From: Podarcis vaucheri
Lineage: Eukaryota
DNA length: 64,000 nucleotides
Direction: 5' to 3' (one strand)
Assembly (NCBI GenBank): GCA_965113315.1
Contig: OZ220366.1
This document shows, one piece after another, positions 52,307 to 64,000 of the stretch (position 1 is the stretch's first letter; the number at the start of each line of letters is the position of its first letter). The notes under the pieces are model-generated. The model had not been told where the DNA came from. It saw only the letters and a program-made list of their open reading frames with translations, and did no database searches. Position numbers and translations under genes: made by a program.

Positions 52307-55300
52307 TTCCTATTTCTATGCAGGATACTATGAAATTCTGGTACGATGCAGGAGTCCTTATTAAACTATTAAGTGATCCTGTTGCAGGTTGATTTTGACC
52401 ATAAGGCTATGGTTATGTCTAGAAATATCACTTGATGTACATTGCGAATTCATAAAATGTAGAGGGGGGATGCAGCAGGAGTCAAAACTCAACATTAGGA
52501 ACAATTAACACGATCGTTGTTCAAGCATTTTTATGTGAGAAATATACAAAATATCACAAGTTATAACAAACAAATCATGCAGTCAAATAATTTGTTTATA
52601 CAAAGAGACTCTTATAGATGATATAAATAGTTGACCGGACCTGTAAATTCATACAAATCTTAATGCATGAATTGCCATTCAGTCTTAATTGAATACAGAT
52701 TTACGTAAAATTAGCTGTAAAAAGGCCACTCTCCTGTACAGTTGTGCAAAGTTTGCAAGACGCTTGGAATCCAAAATGCAGCTGAAAAGAAACAAGCAAT
52801 CCTTTGATCCTTCTTTTAGTCCCAAGAGCAGAAAATAATTGTGCTCTTAAATGTTTATAAGTACATTCACTGCATTGAACAGACTATAGCTGGAAGCTAG
52901 CTGAGAGAGTACAATTCATAAGAAAGAATGGTTTTAAAAGATGTATCCCATTTGGGGGTTTATCAGCTCATCTCTCAACTTCTCCCATCTGCAGAAAAGC
53001 ATTAAGAAGCCACAAGGACTTTTGCTTTTGTCATGCTCAGTCTTGGCAAAAATTAAGGTGCTGATAGATAGAGGGCATCTCTAGGCAGGCACAGATGGGT
53101 TTAATCATTAATGCGGCAACTTCTGTAGTATTTTTGCTTATTGGGAAGCTGACTGTATGGGGCATCTCCAGACCAATTTTGTGGCAAGCATGTAGAGTGC
53201 AGCCAACCCCCTGCAATACAAGGGTCTCATGATACGAAGGTACCTAACATTCTTCTGGAGGTGTGAGGAATGAACTTTGCTTCCTAGTATCTCCCAAACA
53301 TCATCAGCACAAAACAAAGATTTTTGCTAATGTCATTCAAGGGCGAGTCTGACTGAGGGTGAACAGGCAACATGTAGCTCTCATGCATTACCTTCCTCAG
53401 ATGGCTTAGCTATGCTAAGGAAACTTCAACCATCCCTTTCCCAACACTGGAGTGTCCAGTGCTGCTACTGCTGCCTTGGAAACTACAAGTGGCCACTGTA
53501 AGCAGCACCCTCTCCCTCACTACCTCCCCTGATATTCCAAGGAGAGAGAAAGCTACTTCCTGTTACCAAGAGTTTAGATCAGTTCCTGCTGCTGACCTTC
53601 GTCTGCCCACCCTTGCTCGCATATGCCCCGAGAGAGAATGCAAAACGAACTGAACTAGAAAAGCAGCGTGTCAATTTCATCTCCTCCCTCCCTCAAAAAC
53701 ACACCAGAAGGTATATGCATTCTAGTGCTTGCTCAAGGATGCAGACTATAGGTGTGTATGCATTTATATTGAACGTGGAAATTGATAATGCTACCACCCC
53801 CTTCATCTGTGCACTCCAAAATAAAAAGATAAAATGGAAAAGGCCTGTGTCCATTTAACCCTAATTTCTCTAGCTAAATTTGCTACCTTTTCAACTCCAG
53901 GAGCTCCATAGCAAAGGATGGTATTTTCCCCCCAAATGTTAATGGTGAAGAGACAGAAGGGTGGGATAACATACGATCGCCATGCACATCACAAGCCACA
54001 CCTCCACATCGCAAGGGCACTAAGTTGTTTCACATCTGGAAAGGCCTGCACTGGACCTCTTGCACTGGAAACTCAAAGATTACCTGCAAATCAGACAATG
54101 GGATGACAGTGGAAAATAAATAGGAGTGCAATAGTTTGGGAGAAACATTGTATGGATTCTAAGGAACGCATGAATGAGAAGAAATGTTAAAGTGCCACTA
54201 GTTACAGCCATGCCACTTGTGCGAACATAATAATCCGTTTCACATGGCATGCAAGTAATTCTGTATCAATACGGATCTTGTTTTGGATAGAGGAATATCC
54301 CATTGAGCCTTCTTTCCGCTCAAATAATGATTTCTGGGAATTTTGTATGACTGAATTTGCATATAATGCTAAGCCACAGTTTATTGCTGTGTGGAGAAGC
54401 TTCAACAAGCGTGATGTCAGGCATATGTATTCCACCTACCCCACCTCCTCCTGATGGAAAGATGACTTCTGGCAAGCATAGTTTCATTTTTAAAGTATCT
54501 AGGCTTATAGTTATGTTGAAACCAGGGATCCTAGTTTAAAACAAACTCTGGCTTCATAATGCATTGTTTGAAGCTGAACTATTAGGAAACTGGCCAGAGT
54601 TTGTTTTAAATCAGGATATATGGTTTGAACATGACTATAATCCAAGATTCTTTAAAAGTGGAAGTAAACTAGTCACAAGTCCTCCTCTAGCTTACAGGAG
54701 AAGGAGAAGGGATGGAGGCATCTATGAGCCTAACTCTTTACTCAAGCTCATGGGGCCTTTTCATGGAGCACTATGGCATGTTTTTGTGTTATGTAGGAAA
54801 GCAGCCTATTAAGGGAACTGAGAACCACATGAATTGTGTATGGAAATTTATGTATTTTGATAATGTGCTGAACCCACCCACCTACGCCCCCTTCCTATTT
54901 ACCAGAGTTTTCAGAACATCTCATATTTAAAGCAGGAATTTATGTGAGCTGGCACATTTGAAACATTTTAAAGTTTGACTTTAAAAAAATCACTGAATGG
55001 AAACTTTTGGTTAACAGTACAATATATTTTTTTTCTGCAAAAGAGTCAGAAGATGCCAACATAGGGCAATAATATTGTCCAGTCAGGTCTCTGCCATTAC
55101 TGAAACAAGGAGAGCCCTTTATCCTCAAATTAAATCTGTGCTATAGGCTGTCTGTTAACCATCCCTCAAAAGACTGGAAAAACGAAACTTTGACTGTTTA
55201 ATATATAATCTAGCTTATGAAAGTCCAGTTTATCCCTCTTATTCCCTGACCGTTTTTTAAAATGCAATCCTAATCACAGCATTATACTTTTTTTCGTTTT

Positions 55301-55874
55301 TTAAAATATCTAAAATATTCCACCAAATATAAAAGTTTAATTCCCACATTGGCCAAAACAAAGGCTGTATTTTGAAAGTGTAACTCATTACAACAGTTAA
55401 GATACTATTAAAATAGGAAACATATTTGACAATCAGTAATAAAACACTGTTCTTGTGCCATCTTTTCACTTGATAAATCAATGTAATCCTCCAAAATATA
55501 TACTCATTAAAATATATATATTTTAATCCTTAACGACAATGGTCACGATCCAAGGAAAGCAACATGCATGTGTTTCTCTTCGGTTTAAAAGTAGTTTAGA
55601 CTCTTCAGCACCAATATCAAACAAAATGTGCAGGATTCTGTCCCACGAGTGCATATTCCTTCTTTGGATCGTAGCCAGTGTTTGTAAACATAAACATAAA
55701 CTGAGCATCAGCAGCGTAAAAAGTATGTAAGTATTTATTCGCACAATGACAATGGAATTTTTACTTTACTCATATCATAAACAATAAAATAGATCTCCTG
55801 TCAGTCGATATAAAAGCTTCTCAGTGTACTTGATAAAGGTCTGAAGTGCCACAAAGAGGCAAAATCATTTTCTT

Positions 55875-56114
<240 letters not shown>

Positions 56115-56959
56115 TCAGAATGAGGAACAAAGTACCCTTCGTCTTGTGCTGTTAGCTTTTAAAGAACATGCCTGAGATACCATTGTACTTTGAGATGCCA
56201 TTTCTAGATAAAAACCCTAATAGCTTCATTTTAAGACCAGTGGGAAACTCCCTAAAAAAAATCTGAAAACCACTCTGTTTGGTGTTTTGACTAATTTGAA
56301 TGTTTGCTCTGAATTAGTGGTGGTTTGAGATTTTGGAACTTCCCCAAGAAACTTTCCTAAAGCAGTGTATATGTAGCTGTGATGGAAACAAGCCAAGAAC
56401 AAAGGGGAGGAAAGCGGGGGGCGGGGAGCAGGGGGGGATACAGAAAATGACAAGCAACAGAACATAAAGAGGATCTCTGCCATATCAACAGAAAGATGCT
56501 AAGGAACATAATGGATTTCTTTCTGGTGTCTGAGGAATCAATTTATCATTACACTATTTACTATGTATTGGCAAAAAGGGAATTCTCAGAGCGTGGTACC
56601 TGGAGACATAAAAAATTCTGTACTCCTATGAGAATTTTGAAAACTGGGCAAAATTATTTCATATTCTGAAGTACACAAAGCAATATGATAGTATCTAAAT
56701 ATCTGTGACATCACCAGGCTTATGGATAATGTCTTCATTTACCACAGAATGGACCAGAAGCAGATTAACTCTTCATTAAAACGGGAACTGAGGTAAACGT
56801 GTTTGTTGTTGTTGAGAAACTAAAGTTTTCTTTCTTTATTCGAACCTCTTTTGTGTACAGCATTTCCCAGTGTCCATCTATTTTTAAATATGTGCAATAT
56901 ATCCCTTGAGTTCTATGCAGGATACTCTCCTTTTGTGAAATTTGCTGACCGCCTAATTA

Positions 56960-57181
<222 letters not shown>

Positions 57182-59707
57182 TTAACTGCATAGTTTGAAA
57201 AACATCAGCCTAAATTAGTTTCAAATTCCATGACAAGGCTTAAGAAGTTTAACTATTCAAATGTGGCAACATTTTACTGAAATTATTTCCTTACAGAAAA
57301 GGCATGAAATGTGTAGACTGAGCAATCCTTGAGCAATCCTTATGCATGCATACATGTATTTTGCAACATGCAGATATTTATATATGTGTATGCATATATT
57401 CCCCCCCCATACATATATTTCTATACATATACATATATAATGTGAAAAGTCATGGTAAGTTACAAATTCCCAGCACAGGTACATATAAAAAGATAATCAT
57501 GTGACAATCAATATACAGCTTCCGAATTAATTTGTCACATTAATATCAAATTTAAAGTCAATCATCTATATCGTGCAAAAACTGTATAAAATCAGGTGAT
57601 GAGAACTGTATTGTGCACTTCCAAGGGCACACCCATTGCCCTGTTACATGTTAAAATGGGAGTGTTGTTTGCTTAAATGTATCTATATATATTTTATAAT
57701 CGGCTCACAATTCAAACCATGAGAGAAGAGAGAGTGTCTAAAGAATCCTTCCATTGTGCTTGGCAAAAAGATCTAATAGAAGAGGACTAACCTATCAAGT
57801 CTGCATTCCTAAACACTCTTACTTAAGGGAAAGTTCCACCAAACTCAATTTACCTCCAAGTAAACACACATAGGATGACACTGCAGAACTTTCATCCTAT
57901 ACTCTTTGAGGGCACCAGGCTTCAATGAGCACACAGAGTTCCTGCCACAAACATCTTTTAAATTGAAATATATGAGCCACTGGAGCTCCGTATACATATC
58001 AGTGCACACACACTGCTGCAGGAAGAGTGTCTTCTCCAAACAGAAAATGCTCCAATAAAATATCTAAGTCAAGAATTGCTTTCTAGTCTGCACAAATACA
58101 ATATAGTTGGTTTTTTTAAAAAAATGTACAAATTACTGAAATCAGAGGCAGGCAAATATGTCTTTCTGCTTTGATTTGACAGGATTCATAACCAAATGCC
58201 TCAAAAATATACCACCACAACAATTCAACGTGTCTAGAGAGTTACAGTTAATGGCATCTCACAGCTTGCCATCATATATATGCCGTGGCTACATCTTTAT
58301 AATTTAGGAGTGCTTCCCTAAAAATGCAATGGAAACTGAATTGGTTTGCGTTCAAAATTTTGATGTAGAAAACTGCCTAATGATGTGAGCTGAGAAGTTC
58401 CTGATTCAAATCATAACCATGAACTCCTATGATGGCCCTAGCTAAGCTACTATTTTCTTAGCTTCAAACCTTCAGGTGCAATATGGGGATATTAATACTG
58501 GCCTACCTTTCAGAGATCTTGCATGAATCACTGAGACAATGTATATGAATGCAATATATAAATGTTAAATTATCCTAATCTTCTATGTCAGGGTTGGTTT
58601 CTTTTTTAGCCAAGACCTAGACAAGAAGACAACAGTTTTATAAATTTGGGTAACTGCAGATTGTCAATATTTTGTGGGAAGGACTGAAGTACAAAGTGAG
58701 ATATATAAATTTGCGCAGCTGAAGTAGATTAGAGCACTTTCCCCCCTGCAGCAACCCATCCACACTTAAAAAATAACAGACTTTTTGCAGTTAGGAAAGC
58801 GACAGAGAAATGCATTGAAAAGTATGGAATGTACAACTGATCAATGAAAAGACATATAAACACCCCACAAGCAAATGAAGATGTATAGATTTTCATATAA
58901 TCTCCCCACAAACAAATCAGAAGAAATGCTCAATAATAACTGGACACAGTCTAACCAACCTTCTGTGCTTTCCACAAGCAAATCATAAACAAGATAGTCT
59001 GGAGGAGCTCTTTGCTTGTGCATCTAATTCTGGATTCATCTGAAAGTGTTTGTGACATATTGTGGATGTGATTGACAGAGATACTGATCACAAAAGACTG
59101 AAGGGGTGGGGAAGGATTGGCATAAAATTAGCCCTACATGTTTTATCTTTCTTCTAGATTTGTTAGTGTTTCCCATCCTCAGATATTGCTATCTCCAGCC
59201 TGATTGATGGAATGATCAGAGGAGTATTACTCTGATTTATATTATTTACAGACACCACAGAAGAACAGTCTGGACCACTGATGACACCAGTTGCAGCAAG
59301 TGGATTGTGCCTTCTTTAACACCTCTTTTCATATAGCCTGTTTATGTTGTCCCATTTGATCCACAGAAAAACTGAGGCTGCCCCACATGTAAAGCTTGGC
59401 TCCATTGCTAGAGTTTTGTTTATTGGTCATGTGTGAACATGACAAGAATTAAACTCAGGAACTGCAATGCAAGTTTTAACTTTTGGCCAAAGTCTTCAGA
59501 ATTTTGCACTAAGCGTTTGTAAAATCTGTCATGTGGAAAATAAGAAATTATTGTAAACTTGAGAAAGAAAAAGAAATAACTTGTTTTAGATAGGAAATGC
59601 TCTGAGATACAACCCTAACTCTCTTTCATAGCAGTTTTTTAAAATCCTTCCCCAAGCTGTATTGCAAATGAGAGCAAGGATGGCATAATACGAAAATAAA
59701 ATAAGTT

Positions 59708-59925
59708 AAGTTGCAAGAAAAGAGATTCCGACTAAACATTCAGAAAAACTTTCTGACAGTAAGAGCTGTTCAACAGTACAACAGACTCCCACAAGATGTG
59801 GTGGACTCTCCTTCCTTGGAGGTTTTTAAACAGAAGTTGGATGGCCATCCGTCATGGATGCTTTAGCTAAGATTCCTGCTTTGCAGGGGGGTTGAGTCCC
59901 TTCCAACTCTAAGAGTCTATGATTC
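59708..59925 (+). mobile_element. Older CR1 3'-end fragment
   Basis: Homologous to the end of ORF2 of the adjacent CR1 (ctaaacatt..gaa.aactt.ctgacagtaagagctgttc); ends ctatgattc. Confidence 0.85.
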
Positions 59926-59942
59926 CACTTATTCTGTTAAAT

Positions 59943-60139
59943 GTAAAGGTAAAGGGACCCCTGACCATTAGGTCCAGTCATGGCCAACTCTGGGGTTGCG
60001 GCACTCATCTCACTTTATTGGTTGAGGGAGCCGGTGTACAGCTTCTGGATCACATGGCCAGCAGGACTAAGCCACTTCTGGTGAACCAGAGCAGTGCATG
60101 GAAATGCTGTTTACCTTCCCGCCGGAATGGTACCTATTT
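59943..60139 (-). mobile_element. Sauria SINE, 3' part, interrupted by the CR1
   Basis: gtaaaggtaaagggacccct..., collinear with the 24232 copy until tacctattt, where the CR1 tail begins. Confidence 0.85.
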
Positions 60140-60218
60140 CATAGAATCATAGAATCATAGAGTTGGAAGAGACCACAAGGGCCATCGAGTCCAACCCCCT
60201 GCCAAGCAGGAAACACCA

Positions 60219-63140
60219 TCAGAGCACTCCTGACATATGGTTGTCAAGCCTCTGCTTAAAGACCTCCAAAGTAGGAGACTCCACCACACTCCTTGGCAGC
60301 AAATTCCATTGTCGAACAGCTCTTACTGTCAGGAAGTTCTTCCGAATGTTTAGGTGGAATCTTCTTTCTTGTAGTTTGGATCCATTGCTCCGTGTCCGCT
60401 TCTCTGGAGCAGCAGAAAACAACCTTTCTCCCTCCTCTATGTGACATCCTTTTATATATTTGAACATGGCTATCATATCACCCCTTAACCTCCTCTTCTC
60501 CAGGCTAAACATGCCCAGCTCCCTTAGCCGTTCCTCATAAGGCATCATTTCCAGGCCTTTGACCATTTTGGTTGCCCTCCTCTGGACACGTTCCAGTTTG
60601 TCAGTGTCCTTCTTGAATTGTGGTGCCCAGAACTGGACACAGTACTCCAGGTGTGGTCTGACCAGAGCAGAATACAGTGGCACTATTACTTCCCTTGATC
60701 TAGATGCTATACTCCTATTGATGCAGCCCAGAATTGCATTGGCTTTTTTAGCTGCCGCGTCACACTGTTGGCTCATGTCAAGTTTGTGGTCAACCAAGAC
60801 TCCTAGATCCTTTTCACATGTACTGCTCTCAAGCCAGGTGTCACCCATCTTGTATTTGTGCCTCTCATTTTTTTTGCCCAAGTGCAATACTTTACATTTC
60901 TCCCTGTTAAAATTCATCTTGTTTGTTTTGGCCCAGTTCTCTAATCTGTCAAGGTCGTTTTGAAGTGTGATCCTGTCCTCTGGGGTGTTAGCCACCCCTC
61001 CCAGTTTGGTGTCATCTGCAAATTTGATCAGGATGCCCTTGAGTCCATCATCCAAGTCGTTGATAAAGATGTTGAATAAGACCGGGCCCAAGACAGAACC
61101 CTGTGGCACCCCACTAGTCACTCTTCTCCAGGATGAAGAGGAACCATTGATGAGCACCCTTTGGGTTCGGTCAGTCAGCCAGTTACAAATCCACTGAGTG
61201 GTAGCATAGTCAAGACCGCATTTTACCAGCTTCTTTACAAGAATATCATGGGGCACCTTGTCAAATGCCTTGCTGAAATCAAGGTAGGCTACATCCACTG
61301 CGTTCCCTTCATCTACCAGGCTTGTAATTCTGTCAAAAAACGAGATCAGGTTAGTCTGACATGACTTATTTTTCAGAAATCCATGCTGACTATTGGTGAT
61401 CACAGCATTCCTTTCTAGGTGCTCACAGACTGTTTGCTTAATGATCTGCTCCAGAATCTTCCCTGCTATTGATGTCAGACTGACTGGGCGGTAATTATTT
61501 GGGTCCTCTCTTTTCCCCTTTTTGAAAATAGGGACAACATTTGCCCTCCTCCAGTCTGCCGGGACTTCGCCTGTTCTCCAGGAATTCTCAAAGATGACTG
61601 CCAGTGGTTCTGAGATCACATCTGCCAGTTCTTTTAATACTCTTGGATGCAGTTCATCTGGCCCTGGAGACTTGAATACATCTAAACTAGCCAAATATTC
61701 TTGTACTATCTCCTTAGTTATTCTGGGCTGTGTTTCCTTTGCTGAATCATTTGCTCCAAATTCTTCAGGTCGGGCATTGTTTTCTTTATCGGAGAAGACT
61801 GAGGCAAAGAAGGCATTGAGGAGTTCAGCCCTTTCTGTGTCCCCTGTTTGCATTTCACCATCTTCTCCTCTGAGTGACCCCACTGTTTCTTTGTTCTTCC
61901 TTTTGCTACGAACATACCCATAAAAGCCTTTTTTGTTGCTTTTAACCTCTCTAGCAAGCCTGAGTTCATTCTGTGCTTTAGCTTTTCTGACTTTGTGTCT
62001 ACACGTGCTGGCTATTTGTTTGAATTCCTCTTTGGTGGTTTCCCCCCTTTTCCATTTTTTGTACACATCCTTTTTTAATCTTAATTCAGTTAAAAGTTCT
62101 TTAGATAGCCACCCTGGCTTCTTTAGGCACCTTCCACGTTTCCGTCTCATTGGTATTGCCTGTCGTTGTGCTTTTACTATCTCCCTCTTAACAAACTCCC
62201 AGCCATCATGAACTCCCTTTCCTTTTAGTATTGCTGTCCATGGGATCTCACCCAGCACTTCCCTAAGTTTTATGAAGTCGGCTTTCTTAAAGTCAAGAAA
62301 TTGAGTCCTAGTATGCTTGGCTGCTCCTTTCCGCTGTATAGTAAACTTCAGAAGAGCATGATCACTCGCGCCTAATGATCCTTCCACATCTACCCCACTA
62401 ACCAGGTCATCAACATTGGTTAGGACCAGATCTAAAATGGCTGTTCCTCTTGTTGCTTCTCCCACTTTCTGGACAATGAAGTTGTCTGCAAGGCCAGTGA
62501 GGAATCTGTTTGACCTTATGCTCTTGGCTGAGTTTGACGTCCAACAAATATCCGGGTAATTGAAGTCCCCCATTACTACTATCTCCCTTCCTTTTGCATG
62601 CTTGGCCATCTGTTCCAGGAAGGCATCATCTATGTCCTCCGTTTGGCTTGGGGATCTATAGTAAACTCCCACAATGAGGTCTCTGTTATTCTTCTCTCCC
62701 TTAATTTTGACCCAAATGCTCTCACTTTGGCTTTGAGGTTCTAAATCTTGGATCTCTTCACAGGTATACACATCCCTGACATATAACGCCACTCCTCCTC
62801 CTTTCTTGTCTGGTCTGTTTCTCTGAAATAGTTTGTATCCCCCCATTATTACATTCCAATCGTGGGACTTATCCCACCAGGTTTCAGTGATGCCTATTAT
62901 GTCATATTTAGTTTGCTGTACCAAGAGCTCAAGCTCATCTTGTTTATTTCCCATGCTTTGCGCATTAGTGTAGAGACATTGAAGTCCATTAATCATTCCC
63001 CCGTGTCTCTTATTTAAGGATTTTTTCCTCCCACCACTAGGTCCGCGTGCTGTTTGCTCCATTTGGTCTATGACATTTGGATGATCATCTTCATTAATTG
63101 ATAGACTCCTACCTTCAGGAGCACTGTCTCCCTCCCCCAC
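60219..63140 (-). CDS. CR1 ORF2: APE endonuclease plus reverse transcriptase (frame open from 63224; first ATG at 63062)
   Basis: Endonuclease motifs YTNAQS, GITETW, GDFN, SDH; RT motifs [29 protein letters not shown]; no stops. Confidence 0.97.
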   Translation of the reverse strand: MGEGDSAPEGRSLSINEDDHPNVIDQMEQTARGPSGGRKKSLNKRHGGMINGLQCLYTNAQSMGNKQDELELLVQQTKYDIIGITETWWDKSHDWNVIMGGYKLFQRNRPDKKGGGVALYVRDVYTCEEIQDLEPQSQSESIWVKIKGEKNNRDLIVGVYYRSPSQTEDIDDAFLEQMAKHAKGREIVVMGDFNYPDICWTSNSAKSIRSNRFLTGLADNFIVQKVGEATRGTAILDLVLTNVDDLVSGVDVEGSLGASDHALLKFTIQRKGAAKHTRTQFLDFKKADFIKLREVLGEIPWTAILKGKGVHDGWEFVKREIVKAQRQAIPMRRKRGRCLKKPGWLSKELLTELRLKKDVYKKWKRGETTKEEFKQIASTCRHKVRKAKAQNELRLAREVKSNKKGFYGYVRSKRKNKETVGSLRGEDGEMQTGDTERAELLNAFFASVFSDKENNARPEEFGANDSAKETQPRITKEIVQEYLASLDVFKSPGPDELHPRVLKELADVISEPLAVIFENSWRTGEVPADWRRANVVPIFKKGKREDPNNYRPVSLTSIAGKILEQIIKQTVCEHLERNAVITNSQHGFLKNKSCQTNLISFFDRITSLVDEGNAVDVAYLDFSKAFDKVPHDILVKKLVKCGLDYATTQWICNWLTDRTQRVLINGSSSSWRRVTSGVPQGSVLGPVLFNIFINDLDDGLKGILIKFADDTKLGGVANTPEDRITLQNDLDRLENWAKTNKMNFNREKCKVLHLGKKNERHKYKMGDTWLESSTCEKDLGVLVDHKLDMSQQCDAAAKKANAILGCINRSIASRSREVIVPLYSALVRPHLEYCVQFWAPQFKKDTDKLERVQRRATKMVKGLEMMPYEERLRELGMFSLEKRRLRGDMIAMFKYIKGCHIEEGERLFSAAPEKRTRSNGSKLQERRFHLNIRKNFLTVRAVRQWNLLPRSVVESPTLEVFKQRLDNHMSGVL

Positions 63141-63145
63141 ATTAG

Positions 63146-64000
63146 TCAGTTTAAAGCCCTCCTGATGAGGTTTCTGAGATTTTTGGCAAAAACATTTCTC
63201 CCAACCGTTGTGAGGTGCAGCCCATCACTTGCCAGAAGTCCATCTTCAAGAAACTGCAGTCCGTGATCTAAGAATCCAAACCGTTCCTGTTTACACCATT
63301 TGCGAAGCCAGCTGTTCACTTCCACTATTTTCCCCTCTCTCCCTGGGCCACGTCGTTCAACTGGGAGGACAGACGAGATGACAATTTGTGCATTTAGTTG
63401 CTTCAATTTCCTGCCGAGAGCCTCGTAGTCTCTTTTGATCTTCTGGAGGCTATTGCTTGCAGTGTCATTGGTTCCCACATGAACCAAGAGGAAGGGGTAT
63501 TCGTCAGTGGGTTTTATGATTCCTTGCAGTCGTTCAGTTACATCTTGGATCTTAGCCCCGGGGAGACAGCACACTTCCCGAGACATCTTGTCAGGCCCAC
63601 AGATCACTGCTTCTGTTCCCCGCAGTAGGGAATCTCCTATCACCACTACACGCCTCCTCTTGGGTTTGGTCGGGGTTCTTCCGTGAGCTGTCCGTTCCAA
63701 GGTCACCTGCACATTCCCTGAGGACTGACTTTGCTGCTCGTCTTCATATACCTGATCGACTGTAATGAGGGAGAGATCCTCAAATGGAGTCTGCTCTTCG
63801 TCTTCCATGCTAGGGGAGAGGACCTCAAAGCGATTGTGTATTTCTAAACAATCAGAGTGAACCCTGGGCCTCCTACTTCTTTGAGTCACGTTTCTCCATA
63901 TATCTGGCTCCTGTGTTGGTGAACAAGCCTCCTTCTCAGGGGAGTCCCCTGTCTCCTCCTTGGTGGGGACGGTGTGCTCTGTTGCTTCCAAGAAGAGCTC
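63146..64000 (-). CDS. CR1 ORF1 (partial), SGNH/GDSL esterase domain
   Basis: Blocks GDSLL, LPGA, HVGTND and DGLHL; ends RRALN*. Confidence 0.92.
   Translation of the reverse strand, partial: ELFLEATEHTVPTKEETGDSPEKEACSPTQEPDIWRNVTQRSRRPRVHSDCLEIHNRFEVLSPSMEDEEQTPFEDLSLITVDQVYEDEQQSQSSGNVQVTLERTAHGRTPTKPKRRRVVVIGDSLLRGTEAVICGPDKMSREVCCLPGAKIQDVTERLQGIIKPTDEYPFLLVHVGTNDTASNSLQKIKRDYEALGRKLKQLNAQIVISSVLPVERRGPGREGKIVEVNSWLRKWCKQERFGFLDHGLQFLEDGLLASDGLHLTTVGRNVFAKNLRNLIRRALN

Larger units (their letters stand above)
60140..64000 (-). mobile_element. Young CR1 LINE (5' end outside the window), sense within a CNKSR2 intron
   Basis: (CTATGATT)n octamer tail at 60140-60160, 3' UTR hairpin, uninterrupted ORF2 and ORF1. 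Confidence 0.97.

Noticed and set aside
60559-62211. Antisense ORFs over the CR1
   Set aside because: Shadow ORFs of ORF2 codon structure with no independent motifs.

Overview
Vertebrate genomic DNA, most likely a lacertid-type lizard (Sauria/Squam-type SINEs, squamate CR1, L2 and MITEs). The window carries the conserved block MBTPS2 (-, coding exons 1-3), SMPX (+, complete: three coding exons giving 86 aa, plus non-coding first and last exons), KLHL34 (+, single coding exon, 591 aa) and CNKSR2 (-, last two coding exons, ending in the PDZ-binding motif ETHV). A young CR1 LINE with intact ORF2 and partial ORF1 sits in a CNKSR2 intron and runs off the window end. Other elements include two solo LTRs with perfect 5-bp TSDs, Tc1/mariner and hAT MITEs, SINEs and L2 remnants. 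The most notable signals are: (1) an in-phase U_UUA_AAC slippery heptamer directly before the CR1 ORF1 stop, where a -1 shift lands exactly in the ORF2 frame; (2) a TSD-flanked 129-bp Penelope-like insert with a complete minimal hammerhead ribozyme core, in sense inside the last SMPX intron; (3) a candidate alternative SMPX terminal exon and a sense solo LTR just upstream of SMPX exon 4; (4) an orphan ZNF143/CCAAT CpG promoter about 1.3 kb upstream of the MBTPS2 ATG. Gene and repeat names come from recalled sequence similarity, not database searches.
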